A DNA stretch of 64,000 nt from assembly GCF_001194135.2 (NCBI RefSeq), contig NC_068991.1, positions 74,053,779 to 74,117,778 on the forward strand, given 5' to 3'. The position numbers were made by a program, and so were the translations under genes. Below, in pieces: positions 25,941-39,100 of this stretch (position 1 is the stretch's first letter; each line of letters starts with the position of its first letter). The stretch comes from Octopus bimaculoides (Eukaryota). Below the pieces are notes generated by a model, which had not been told where the DNA came from, ran no database searches, and saw nothing but the letters and a program-made list of their open reading frames with translations.

Positions 25941-26386
25941 TTTACCCCTTGGCATTCAGATTACTCCATCAAATGCAATATTTATTCAAAGTTTTGAATT
26001 AATCCTGCATTATCTTGTACCTTTGAGATTTTGATGTGGTGCCACATGCTGGTGCTGGTGTCACGTAATTGCATCTGTGCCAGTGGCACATAAAATGCAC
26101 CCAGCACACTCTGGGAGTGGTTGGCGTTAGGAAGGGCATCCAGCTGTAGAAACCCTGCCAAAACAGAAGACTGGAACCTGGACAGCTCTCTCCAAAACAG
26201 AAGACTGGAATCCGTCCAACTCATGCCAGCATGAAAAACAGACATTAAACAACAATGATGATGGTGATGTTTATTTTTAGAATGACATTGCAGGCTAGGC
26301 ATGAGTGGCTGGATCTGGCTAGTTCAGACATATAACATTTAGAATATTTGGGCCAGAGATGGCTGGTTGAAATGCTAAAGGGTTAA
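25941..26386 (+). mobile_element. MITE family 2 carrying a nested RTE-tail repeat (26038-26268)
   Basis: tttaccccttggcattc...aatgctaaagggTTAA; the insert ends in the gatgatg tail. Confidence 0.65.
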
Positions 26387-26639
26387 TTAAGATATCCTCT
26401 GTGTGAGTGTGAACACAATTTTGAATTTTGTGTGTATGTATTTTGTTTCAAGGAATTAATGTGGATTTTTCTGTATCTAGGTTTGATTTTATGCATATAT
26501 TTTCTGAACAAAATCAAATTCTTAGTGCATTAGCTTGCTTTTTCCATGTATATCATATTTTATTTTTTCAGAGTAAATATTTCTTATTTTCTCTATTATA
26601 TATTTTGTACCTAATTATTTGCTCCACCTTTAATTAACT

Positions 26640-26717
26640 AATTGACTACTCACTGATTTACCGCTGTTTTTTTCTTCTCTTCTCTTTTACTACTTTGCCA
26701 AATGTTCTATGGATGCA
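26640..26717 (+). promoter_or_regulatory. Putative short 5' exon upstream of the 27194 exon
   Basis: Pyrimidine-rich start and donor GCA|gtaagt at 26718. Three ATGs (26702, 26709, 26713) cover all three frames; the last is phase 2. Confidence 0.3.
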
Positions 26718-27193
26718 GTAAGTAACCTATCCTAACGTCTTTTCTACATTTTGTGTTCCAATTGCTAGATTTTTTTTTTTTCTCCCTCCAATTTTTTTCC
26801 TCCCTCCCCGATATTAATGGCTAAGGTCAAAGTGATGACCTTTCATAAGATATTTTTAAAAGTATCTCACTTTGAAATACATTTGCTAGCATGTATGTTT
26901 TACGCCTTGCCATTTGTATTCTGACATTTCCTGAAAGATTCGGCAAGAAGACATAGAATGAAACCTGAAGTTCCCAAAAGATTTAAGGAAAGCAAAAAAC
27001 TTTCATCTTTTGAATATTTCGTTAGATTACCAGCATATTGTTGGCATTTCTGAAAATACTTATTGATTTATTATCATTTTTCTTTACTGGAAAAACAACA
27101 AACAATTTACATGTAGATGCAAGAGGTCTATGTTTGTTGCCATTTATTATGGCAGTTTTCCCTTTGTACATTCATCCATTAATTGACTGTAAA

Positions 27194-27252
27194 ATGTCTG
27201 AACCCTCTCCGTCCCCTGAGTTTTCTTTGTCTCCTGAGCCAGAAATTAGCAT
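27194..27252 (+). CDS. SRPK: SRPK candidate first coding exon (MSEPSPSPEFSLSPEPEIS-M); in-frame upstream ATG at 27149
   Basis: aaaATG at 27194, 19 open codons plus 2 nt, donor AT|gtaagt at 27253. Phase 2 matches the downstream exons; lies in a repeat-free patch. Confidence 0.65.
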
Positions 27253-28141
27253 GTAAGTGGAGTCTTAGATGCCAAATGTGACCTGCAAAAAGAGTGCTAT
27301 TATTACATTTTTATTCTCCGTTGTTGTTGTTTTATTTGTTTAATTTTTCTTTTTTTTCTTTTTTGGCCTCATTTCTCTGTCTTTCTTTCTTTATTACCTC
27401 TCTCTCTGCCATGCTATCTAGGAACAATTCTCATCGATGTGCCGCTTTTACTTTACTTTATTTTATTATTATTTATTATTATTGTTTTTTTTTTAATGTC
27501 AGTCATTAAATTGTAACTTAATTTCTAATTGTTAGTTTTTATCTCTGGCATTTGTAGTTAGATTAAATATTATCAACGTTCATTTCTAAAGTGATCTAAA
27601 TGTTTTTAAATTGATTTTTTAAAAAGGGTTTGGGGGATGGGGGTGCGAGGAATTTATTTTACTTCAAAGATGTTTCTCGTTTTTATTTAGTAAATTTAAG
27701 TTAGAATAAATAAATAAAAAACTTCCACAAGTTAACTATTTTCATTGACATGAAAATATGGAATGTATTTTGTATTCAAACCAGAATTGTCCATTAGCAG
27801 TAGTTATTTACAATTTAATATTGTCTTTTGAGAATGTAACTTTGTAGATTTAGAGAAATTTAGTGAGAAGAAATTAGCTTATGCTTATTTAATTTTTTTT
27901 TGTTTTTGTTTTTTTAGTACAAAGACAATACATGGGATAAACATTAGCACACATGGATTATATTTATTTGTATGTTAGAAAGCATTAACATTACAATTCT
28001 CCATGTATATGTAGATAGATTGCATTTCTATGTTATAAACTTGAATGCAACAACAACCACACAGGGAGGAAGGTTTTAAATTGTCATTTATTTGTTATTA
28101 AAGTTGTAAAATGATTTTAGAAAGATCAAATCCTTATAGTT

Positions 28142-28371
28142 TTAACCCTTTTGATACCAATCCACCTGAAACAGCCTCTGGCTCTATAATACAAATGTCT
28201 TGTTTTTGTAAATTTTGAATTAAAATCTTCCACCATACCTTAGTCACAATTTATGTTCCTAACACTAGCTTAATGATAACTAAGTTATTTTACTAAATTC
28301 TGTGTTATATTTAGAATTAATTAAAAGAAACACAGAGCATCTCAACAAAAATTTGGTAACAAAAGGGTTAA
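28142..28371 (+). mobile_element. piggyBac-type MITE, family 1 (well preserved)
   Basis: TTAA-cccttttgataccaa...ttggtaacaaaaggg-TTAA. Confidence 0.85.
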
Positions 28372-30544
28372 GGGCTGTAGGTCTTCCCATGAAAATTGTC
28401 ACCACTGTGGCATTTATTTAGAAAGTGGGTTTTGTTCAGTTTTAAGCCTGATTAAGTAAACATCAGGGATCCTAAACATGATCGTTAGCTAATTGTTATT
28501 ACTTCTCTTTTGATGCCATATTCAAGATTTCTAGTGTAGTGGACATTTTCTTCACTTTTCTTTTCTACAAAGCTTTTTTTTCCCGGCAACTGTTTCAATA
28601 ATAAATAATTTACAAATGTCCATATTTTGAAGTTTCATAATCAATACTAAAGTTCAATGTTGATATTGATCAGTTTCTGTTTCTTATTAACCTTCAACTT
28701 TTGTTGATTTTTTGTTTGTATATGCATTTTATTTGGCAAAACTCTTATTGTATTAACGGGTTGTTTTAAGACTTTTACAATGTGTGTCTATATACATATA
28801 GACATACATGCATTTCTCATGTTTTTTTATTGCTTATTTTATTAGCTGTTAATTTATTTTATTATGACTAAATTAACACAATGTTTCTCACATTAATTGT
28901 CAAGTTGCTCTGCAAATTCTGCATATTTATTTCAAGTTAGCCATTGTCAAAACTCTCATGTTCAAATCATTATTCACATTTATTTGTTCTTTTCAAATAA
29001 AATTGCTTAAAAATGATTACAAGAATCTGGTCTAATTGTAATTATAATTTTTATAAGATTTAGATAAAAATTTCATTTGCTTTATGAAACTTATTAATTA
29101 CATTGAAATTATTAATGGTATTCTTTCTGGAGGCTGGCTTCATGATAACTGTTTGCAAGAGATATGGTCTCTGTTTTATTTTATTGGTTTTTACTTGTAA
29201 ATACCATCATTTGTTGAACAGGTTTGGAAGATATTTTATATATGTATATATATGTAATATCTGCTTAAATCATTTGTGATTTATATATTTTACATAATTT
29301 AATTCCTGATTCTTAACTTTTAAAATGTAGTCCTCTGAGCTGTTATATGTTAAAAGTTTACATAAATTTTTTTTTTTTTGGTAATCTTTTGACCCTTTGT
29401 TTGTCCTGTGTATCAGGACAGGCAAATGGTATTGCCTGTTTCTGGCATCCATAACATATGATAAACGTCCCCAAATTGTTTTTCAAACGCTATAATAACT
29501 TGGGGACTTAATGAAAAGAAAGCTTTATATTACCGAGAACATATGAAACAAAGGCCAACTAAAACTCTGTAATCAAGCATCGATAATAATTAGGACAAAC
29601 TTTTGGAGCGCTTAGGTTTGATTAATAAAATATTTCTGAGGTTGAAAGTTGTACAAGCATCAGAAATGACAAAAAAACACCTCACTCAAGTAAACAGGTA
29701 ATTTCCCCCACTTAGCAGAGCAAAGAATCGTTTTGGAAGATACTTTCCAATCAGTTTCGGTACTAAAATTAAATTTGAATATGTCTAACATGGAAGATTA
29801 TTTTGGAAAATTAAATGAATGGTGGCTGTCAGTGATAAGTAATGATGTTGTGTTGGTCGTTTTCTCAGCTAAGTGATCTTAAGAAGTCTGGCTAAAACTC
29901 CTGCTCTTGGACAAATTGACCAATGATTTAATCATCCACTCGTTATGTTCTGAACTGGAGAGAGAGTAAAGACTGTGTAGCTAAGAAGCTTGCTTTGCAG
30001 CCTACATAGATGTCTGATATGGTGTGTAATTAAAAACTCTAGTCTGCGTTCATTAAATAGTCAGCTGGGAAATATGTTTTTCAAACAAATCTCTTTATTA
30101 AATTTGTACTTATCTGATAAGCTATGATTCGGGGGGGGGGGGGAGAGAAAGCTATGTTCACAGCTATTTTTCCAAGCCATAGCTTATCAGATTCACATTT
30201 CATATTTCCTGACATTTTGAAGTGCAAGTCATACAGATCTTACTGGATCTTGGTAATATTTTTAATCTGCTTTCTCCAATGCTTGTACACAATATTGTGA
30301 GGAAGGCATTAGCTCATTAGCACTTTAAACTGGTCGTGCCTGGCCCAAATATTCTATGCCTCTCACATGCCCTACACTGTTGTTCTAAAAATCAACATTC
30401 ACAACATTGAGATCTCATAGCTTTGAGATTAATTCAAAACAATGTGAATAAATAAGCATCACATTTGATTGTAATCTGGATGCTAAAGGATTAAACTGCT
30501 TCCAGTGGTGGGGCCCCAGCTCAAGGACTTTGGTGATGGGGGAT

Positions 30545-30830
30545 AAAGAGTTACTCTAAGTCACCGATACTCCCAGGTTTGCTCTGGTTTGTGGTGGAAG
30601 GATTTGCTAAGGGTCCAAAAGTTCCTTAGTGCCAGTTGCTGTGGCGTATGTATCTTCTCCTGAACAGGACGTCAGTCTGTTGCAGGATTACTCATTACTT
30701 GGCTGAGAGAACTGGAGTAATGTGAAATGAAGTGTCTTGTTCAAGAACACAACGCGCTCCCTGGTTTATGAATTGAAACATCAATCTTATGATCAAGTGT
30801 CCAACGCCCTAACCATTAAGCCATGCACTT
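30545..30830 (-). mobile_element. SINE family C (tRNA-like head); second copy near 59290-59555
   Basis: aactggag(c/t)aa...gtgtcttg(c/t)tcaagaacaca...ctaacca(c/t)t(g/a)agcca. Confidence 0.6.
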
Positions 30831-32206
30831 CCTAAGGGTCTCCTAGTATAAGATGGTGTAAGTGATTAAGGCCTTGGAGAAAAGTTGGCCCTTAGACATG
30901 TGTCACACAGGCACCATGGATGCATGGATATGCCCTGATGTTGTATGAACTAGTACCCTATACCTCCAGGATAACCTCAGGAGAGCAGGAGACGTGAAGA
31001 GCAAACTATCAAACTTTTTGAAGGCAATAGGAAACGACTTGTATAGCTTTCCTGAGAAAAGTTGTGAATCTTTAGACTTTGGTATGGATGTCCATAAGTG
31101 CCGATACCTCTAGGCATGGCTCAGAGTGTGAGAAGGAGATAGATATGGTTGGGGCTATACTGATTCTATTTTTACATTTCTTTCTAATGTTTGAATTTCA
31201 TTTGTCTAAATGACCCTTTAACACAGGTAAGATTTCCAAGAATACACATGCCTGCAGAAAATCAGCATTCACTTCAATATTTTCATTGGTGCCAGTATGG
31301 TTGCCTCGTAAAATGGTTGCTCTCCAACCAAATGGTTTCAGGCTCAGTCCTGCTGTGTATCACCTTGTTCAACTATCTTATACTATAGTCCCAGGTTGAT
31401 CAAAGCTCTGTGAGTAGATCTGCCAGATGGAAACTGTTTAATTTTGTCTATTGGTAGCCATTGGAAAGCAAAGATTTTAATTTTTTTTTTAATCTTCCAT
31501 GTTTAAGGATAAGAATAAAGTGCTGTAGAATGAAGATGGTGCTCTAGTAAAATTACTGTTTTCTGGATATTACCATTAAATGGCACAATAAAGGACTTCA
31601 AAATAAGAACTTTGAATTTACTTCAAGTAACTGAGATTCCTCCAGTTTTCTTTTTACATTTTAATGTTCTTATTTTTTTTTTATTATCACCCCCACCTCC
31701 ATCCAGTTATATTTTCTTATTGCTGTGTTGCAAAATTAACTCATTGCAGTACAAGAAATTGCTATTTATAGTGTTTTCTGTCATCATCGGTTAGGAATGT
31801 CTACTTGTATTAAGCTGTGGAATGACCTACACTTAAATAGCTGAATAACATTTCTGAAAAGCTTTTCTTGAAACCCCATCTTCTAGAAGAGCTGAATCGT
31901 CATGGTTTTTACCATCTCTATTTGTAAATCATGTTAATTAGATGTAATTTGGAAAAAAACAAACCGAAAAAAAAAAAACGGAATCAGTCATGTATATCGT
32001 ATTTTGTTTCTGTAAGCATATTCCATTTAGAAATTGAATTGCTGCTGTGACCAAGTAGACAAGATGTTGGATTGGGTGAATTGTTGAGATGGTACCCAAC
32101 CACTCTCCCTCATCCACATGTTTTTCAATTAATTTTGGAAGTTGATATTATACTGGTGTTAAGAACATAAATTAACATGGAATTTGAAAGATCAATTTGG
32201 TTGATT

Positions 32207-32887
32207 TCGACCCCCTTGATACCAACTGGCCTTAGACCATCCCTGATTTTGCAGCACAATTTTCCTCTTTTGACGTAATTATAATTAAAACTTTCCATCA
32301 AAATTTCATGTGAACCCTTTTGATACCAACCTGACTGAAACCGGCTCTGGCTCTGTAGTACAAATGTCTTGTTTTCATAAGTTTTGAATTAAAATCTTCC
32401 ACCAAACCTTAGTCACAATTTATGTTCCTAACACTAGCTTAATGATAACAAAGTTGTTTTACTAAATTCTTTGTTATATTTAAAATTAATTAAAAGAAAT
32501 ATACAACATATCAACAAAAATATGGTAACAAAAGGGTTAAGAAGAAAAATAATCAGCAGGAGACATAAGAGAAGGAAGCCTCAGTGTGGTCACTCTATAT
32601 GCTAGAAATAATAGCCTAGATTTCCTTCAATCCACACCCTTCCAACTGCTTCTAATATGCATCTGCCCAAATGTAGAGGTGTATTTAAACTGCCTCTGGC
32701 TCTGAGTACAAATGCCTTGTTTTCATAAGTTTTGAATTAAAATCTTCCACCAAACCTTAGTTATAATTTATGTTCCTAACACTAGCTTAATGATAACTAA
32801 TTTATTTTACTAAATTCTTTGTTATATTTAAAGTAATTGAAAGAAACCCAGAGCATCTCAAAATAAATACAGTAACGAAAGGGTTAA
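32207..32887 (+). mobile_element. Cluster of three MITE family 1 copies (partial 32207-32310, full 32311-32540, 3' part 32690-32887)
   Basis: cccttttgataccaac and ggtaac(a/g)aaagggTTAA termini; interiors closely match 28142. Confidence 0.75.
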
Positions 32888-33597
32888 TCTATACTCCAAA
32901 CATCTACTTAATGACTGTTACTTTACTAAGTTCTTCATAGAATCAAGGATGGTCTCATGGGTTGGTATCAAAAGAAATGGATGGAAAGTAGGAGGTATAG
33001 TGGCTGTTTGTTTTAGCAAGGCCAGATCCTCCCACACAATAATATTAGTGTTGGTAGGCAACAGCTTTTTTTCACTTTAAGACCCTTTCTAGTGCTGACC
33101 TCTTTTCTGTGATGTGAAGGATTGGTATATTTTGAAATAAAGCTAATTTATTTGACTCCTCTCTGCACCTTGTTTCCTGGTTTCTTATATAACCTGATAT
33201 AAGCACACCCTGTGCTGTAGAAGTGATGTGTTCCTAGAACTATTTCCACAACAAGGAGTTCCATAATGCAGAATGTACTTTTGCATTGATTCCATGTTCA
33301 TTGTGCTCCTGAACATTTCAGTGTAACAAAGGAGTTCCGTTAAGTGAATCCTGTTTTTCCATTGACTTCATGCTACATGGAAGTCAATGTTTCTGCAACA
33401 CAGATGATGGCTGTACAAAACTTGAGCTTATTTTTAAATGAAAATATACAATGATAATTTATCGAAGGGCATATCTTAAAATTTGAGTCTGTTTCTCATT
33501 CTAACCATTTAAGCTATGAAATAATTATTTATTTTCATCTGAATGGAAAATAGCAAATAACTCAGTGGCAGCTTAAGCCTTTTGTTGGTATATTTCT

Positions 33598-33828
33598 TAT
33601 TTCTTTATTGCCCACAAGGGGCTAAACATAGAGGGGACAAACAAGGACAGACAAAGGGATGAAGTCGATTACATCGACCCTAGTGCGTAACTGGTACTTA
33701 ATTTATCGACCCCGAAAGGATGAAAGGCAAAGTCGACCTCTGCGGAATTTGAACCCAGAATGTAACGGCAGACGAAATACCGCTTAACATTCCATCTGGC
33801 ATGCTGACATTTCTGCCAGCTCATCGCC
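33598..33828 (-). mobile_element. Full-length SINE family B inserted into a minus-strand MITE (about 33573-34046)
   Basis: Reverse complement head ggcgatgagctggcagaaatgtcagcatg...; perfect 16-bp target duplication ttgttggtatatttct (33582-33597 and 33829-33844). Confidence 0.9.
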
Positions 33829-34549
33829 TTGTTGGTATATTTCTGTTGAAAAATCCTGCTTTTGTTTGAATTAATTTTGAAAATAATAAAGAATTTAGTA
33901 AATTAATTTTGTCATTATCAAGCTGATGTTGGCACATATATTAAAATGAAACTCTGATGGAAGTTTTTAATTTTGATAGTTTTAAAACAGGAAGTTTGTA
34001 TCACAGACTAAGAAGTGGTCTTGTGTTGGTTGGTATTAAAAGGGTGTCTAACTTCCGTGTTCCTCATCCTTTGCAAATTTCAGTCAATTGAATCTGTAGC
34101 TTACTTTTGCGAAAGTTGATTAAAACTTTTCAAATATTATCTTGGAAAAGATTTTAAGTTATGATGGTGATTACAATAAATCTGAGTGATTGAAATAGGT
34201 TTTCCTTGAAAGAAGACGTATTTCAAACAACTAATTAAGGTTTGCTACTTAAAGATATTCCAAGCATATTTCCAGCAGCTAATTAAGCTTTCCTACTTAA
34301 AGGTGTTCCAGTATTTTGAGCTGTTCATCAGAATTACTGGTTTCAAGTTATAATTAGTATCTGAACATTAATAATTTCAACACTTGTTTTTGTGATGATG
34401 AAACGGTTAATATTTGAGTCTTAACATTTATTGTGACTAAGGCGGGGAATATTTGTGTATTCTTCTGTCACTTTCATTGTAATGAGATAATCTGCATAGT
34501 TGGAAAAATATTTATTGGGATCTGTAGCAGGTTCGACAGACTATAGTGT

Positions 34550-34596
<47 letters not shown>

Positions 34597-34599
34597 TAA

Positions 34600-35005
34600 G
34601 GCGCAGGCATAGCTGTGTGGTAAGAAGCTTGCTTACCAACCACATGGTTCCGGGTCCAGTCCCACTGTGTTGCACCATGGGCAAATGTCTTCTATCAAAT
34701 CCTTGGGCCGAGCAAAGCTTTGTGAGTGGATTTGGTAGACGGAAACTGAAAGAAAACGGTGAGCTGGCAGAATCGTTAGCATGCTGGGCAAAATGCTTAG
34801 CGGTATTTCGTCTGCCGTTACGTTCTGAGTTCAAATTCCACCGAGGTCGACTTTGCCTTTCATCCTTTCGGGGTCGATAAGTTAAGTACCAGTTATGCAC
34901 TGGGGTTGATGTAATCGACTTAACCCCTTTGTCTGTCCTTGTTTGTCCCCTTTATGTTTAGTCCCTTGTGAGCAATAAAGAAATAAGAAGCCCGTCATAT
35001 ATATA
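34600..35005 (+). mobile_element. SINE family A interrupted by SINE family B (34755-34989)
   Basis: SINE A sequence actgaaagaa|gcccgtc is split by ggtgagctggcagaatcgttagc...caataaagaaataagaa; preceded by a 44-nt poly(A) at 34551-34594. Confidence 0.9.
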
Positions 35006-35081
35006 NNNNNNNNNNNNNNNNNNNNNNNNNNNNNNNNNNNNNNNNNNNNNNNNNNNNNNNNNNNNNNNNNNNNNNNNNNNN
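35006..35081. other. Assembly gap (76 N)
   Basis: Direct reading. Confidence 1.
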
Positions 35082-35372
35082 TATAGCCTCGGGCCGACCA
35101 AAGCCTTGTGAATGGATTTCGTAGACAGAAACTGAAAGAAGCCTGTCGTATATATGTGTGTGTGTGTGTCTGTGTTTGTACCCCCAACATCGCTTGACAA
35201 CCGATGGTGGTGTGTTTACGTCCCCGTAACTTAGTGGTTCGGCAAAAGAGACCGATAGAATAAGTACTAGGCATCCAAAGAATAAGTCCTGGGGTCGATT
35301 TGCTCGACTAAAGGCGATGCTCCAGCATGGCCACAGTCAAATGACTGAAACAAGTAAAAGAGTAAAAGAGTA
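35082..35372 (+). mobile_element. SINE family A, 3' portion
   Basis: tatagcctcgggccgaccaaagcc...gactgaaacaagtaaaagagtaaaagagta. Confidence 0.9.
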
Positions 35373-35699
35373 TGTGTGTGTGTTTGTGTGTCTGTCTTTG
35401 TCCTTCTCCATTGCTCGACAACCGATGTTGGTGTGGTTACGTTCCCATAACTTAGCGGTTCGGCAGAAAAGACATGAATCCCTAATGTGACTCTGTAACC
35501 AATGATTCTCGAGTGGGTAGTACTGCTCCTTGAAGGGTGGGGGAATATTTTATATGACTGCTAGGGGCAAAAGGAGTGCAGGAAGTGATATATGTAGGTG
35601 TACAATTTTGTTTCTTAATCTTTGATTCCTATTTAAATATTAACTTTAAAATATTTTTTAATATTTTGACAAACTGCTTGTTAGCTGCCATCACAGCAA

Positions 35700-36133
35700 C
35701 AAGTGGCTCTTGGTGCTCAATACCACAGATTTGCTTGTCAGTTGTTTGACCATGACTAGTTGAGTGTGTCCCTTGGTGGTTGATATGTGCATCTCTGATC
35801 AAGAGCAGAAGTAGTGGGGGAGCATCATAGCCATGTGTTGAGAGGAGTGTTTTGCTCAACATCCTTAAACAAACCTTATTCAGAGACCTTTTGAGCGGGA
35901 TGGGCTACTTGACCTGAAGAAAATTCTAACTGGGCCCCACCTGCGAGGTCATGTGCTGTTTAATCTTGATATGAGATCACCATGTTGGGCACATACAGTT
36001 GTGATGCATGTGCCTAGTGTACCCTTATCAGATGGGTAGCCATGATGGGTATACTGGGCTTCATATATTTCTACCCCAGTGTCACTTTGATGGCATGCGT
36101 TACTCTCTCACTCAGTAATAATAGTAATAATAA
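35700..36133 (+). mobile_element. Probable LINE 3' end with (TAA)n tail, followed by a SINE B variant on the - strand (36135-36280)
   Basis: Ends ccccagtgtcactttgatggcatgc...ctctctcactcag(taa)n; GC content higher than the flanks. Confidence 0.45.
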
Positions 36134-39100
36134 TAATCCTTTCAACTAAAGGCACAAGTCCTGAAATTTTGGAGGAGGGGACTAGTTGATCACATCGACC
36201 CCAGTGTTTCACTGATACTTAATTCCCCCAAAGGAATGAAAGGCATGTCGACCTTGGCAGAATTTGAACTCAGAACATAGACTTTTGAAATGTGAATAAG
36301 TAAATAAACGATAGAATATATACCACCCATGCTTACCCCCTTTTCTTATAGCAGTGTGGTAACTAGTCACCTATGCCAAACTGGTATCCGGATCTGACTC
36401 ACTGTGGCCTGATATTGTGTGTTGGTGCTTTAAAAATTGTGTGAAGATGTTCAACTATATGGTGGGCTGTGAGGAAGAGGAGTTTTTAAAAAAAGGGGTG
36501 GTGGTGAGGGGGTTATAGCTAAAAGAAAAATTGAGAAGCAATACTGCAATACTGCAATACTTTGTACATATATCTAGAATAAAAAAAATAAAAACAGGAT
36601 TATCTTGTTTTGGAGTAACTTTGATCACAGCCTTCTGAACCACACAGCTAAATATGGGGGGTGAACAACGATTCTATGCGTTTGGAAGTTATTTACTTTT
36701 GTTCAAATTGCCAGTCTGTTGCAAATTTGTAAATTTTTTTCTTAATGTTTCTTTCTTTTTCCTTTGTTTTCTAAGCAAACAAAACAGTTGTCTGTATATA
36801 CAGTGTTTTAACTGAATAAAGTTCATTTACTGCCAGGTCATTAAGAGCTAATTAATCTTCGTCTGGGGTCCAGTGTTAGTGAAGAGATACAAGTAGACTA
36901 CAGTCTTAATGACCTGGTGTAATTTTGTGTGGTTATAATAATCTGTGATTAATACATATTTACTCTTAGCTTCTCTCCTTATCACGACCTACCTGTCTGT
37001 CTCTGTACCACACACCCACACCAACCCACATACATTCATTTTATCATCATGCATTTATGAACGATAGCATCATTCGTTATAGGCTTCCAATAGATTACTC
37101 ATTGGTTCATTGCATTTCCGATGGTGATTGATGATGCATTTGTTCCTAGGCCTTTGTATACCTGTATCTCATTGTCTGTGATAGCTATTCCAACAATTTC
37201 TGGAAGTTAGTTCTGAATGTTGATAATCGAGTGAAGAAAGCTGTCGTGTGGGTGTCTTAGAAACAGACGTGGAGAGGCCTTCTGCAAGAACAACTGTACT
37301 GGTCTTTGTGAAAATGATGCATTTCATACTATGATGGTAGCACATTGTTCTGCTGGACTGTGATTTACATGCATTTTGTAGAGCAGTGTTGCTCTACAAC
37401 CAACATGTTTTCTATCTCATAAGCTGTTGAGGAATTTGTTCATTGCACTAGCTTTGTCAGTTCTAAGACCTTTCCTGAAGACTGCTGTGTGTTGGTGAAG
37501 TGTTCTGTGTGAGGCATTAATTCATCACACAGGTGAATTAATGCCACAGATTTGTGCTTTCAAAACAGTGACTCATCCTATCTATTTCCAGTGCTCCAGG
37601 CCTCTGTGCAGCTCTGGTATACAATGGGGATATATCTACTTGCACCCACCTACTCCTGTTAATGGTTACTTTTTGGAATATGAGCTGCCTTTTTAAAGGC
37701 AAGCTGCAATTCCTAAAATGCTGTACAAGGTTTGATGGGGTTTTCCCCCTCCCCCTTTTGACTTCTTGATAAAAACCATTGTTTACTAATTAGAACAGTG
37801 GTCTTTAGTAGACTACTGCAAAATGTGACTGTGTGGATATCTTAGATATAACTGTAAAACCCTGGTGGGTAGGTAGCCGCTGGTACTTAACATACATTTT
37901 ACATTCATTGAGACTTGGTACACTTAGAGGATCTGACTGCTGTACACAAGGAGGAGAACTTAACACTTAAACACTAATACAAATATACATGCATACGTAT
38001 ATGGTTCTATTTTAGCCATTATACTTAAGACCATTCTGAAGCACTGTCATACATGCACATGTTACATACATGTGTGTGTATTTATACACACAATCCCACA
38101 TGTATACATATAATTTTGGTTACAAATGTGAGTGCACGTTTATTTACCTGGGAAACAGTTGTGATTCATTCCATCACTAGTCTGATTTTCTCATGTGCAT
38201 ACTTTTAGGCAATGTCAAGCTGTGTGCTTTTTGATTAAGACTGATTCTCATTGGTCAAGAACAGTCAGGTGGAAAGTTGTGTTGTGTGCACGAGTGGTTG
38301 CTGTCTACACTATCAGATAACTGCTTGTTAGGGTTAGAGATCAAGTGTATTGCATTTGGTTGAGACTTGCCAGTCAGGATTTGAATATATTCCAGGAGAA
38401 ATGGTCTCCTTTCACTGTTGGGAAGTAAGATTTTGGTTCAGTTAGAGGATCTGGAATTTTTCAGATAAACATAGGATACACTGTTTTTCCTCTTTTTGGT
38501 GTTTTAGGGACAAAGGGTGCCTTGTCCATGATATTTCAGGTTTTTTCAAACACCTTCACTTCTGCCTTTAATTTCTAGATGTGTGTACAGTAATTTTTCT
38601 TTATTTCTTAATGTCACATTTCCTGTCTATATTATAATGTTGCTTGTTTGTTTGTTTGTTTGTTTGTTTACATGTTACACTTTAGTTTGTTGGAGAGAAG
38701 GGAAGGTGGAGTGAGAGTAAGATAGCAGAGCTACATCCGCTAACCACGTGACAGCATGGTTAGTGGAAGTAAGAGGTTGAAGAGGAAGGGAGAAATGTTA
38801 ACATCGTGAAGAGGGGAATTACATGTTTAAAAAGTTTGAAGTGAGAGAGAGAAAGTACTTAACACAGGGAAATTTTAAAATCATATAATATATTATCGTG
38901 ACTTAAAGTGAAATAACTTAAAAAATAGCTGTAGGTTTTTCTTTTCTTTTTAAAGTTGCAATTGAATTGATACTAATCATGTAAATAAAAACATTATGTG
39001 TAACTTCTATATCATTTTGTGTGCATTAATTGTATATAATGTAAAGTAATTACGATGTAATATTGCATAATAAGGAATATGCAATTATATGCTGATTTTG

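Noticed and set aside
36960-37560. Higher-complexity stretch resembling decayed coding sequence
   Set aside because: Frames examined on both strands have stops and I could not recognise a protein family; a blastx search would decide.
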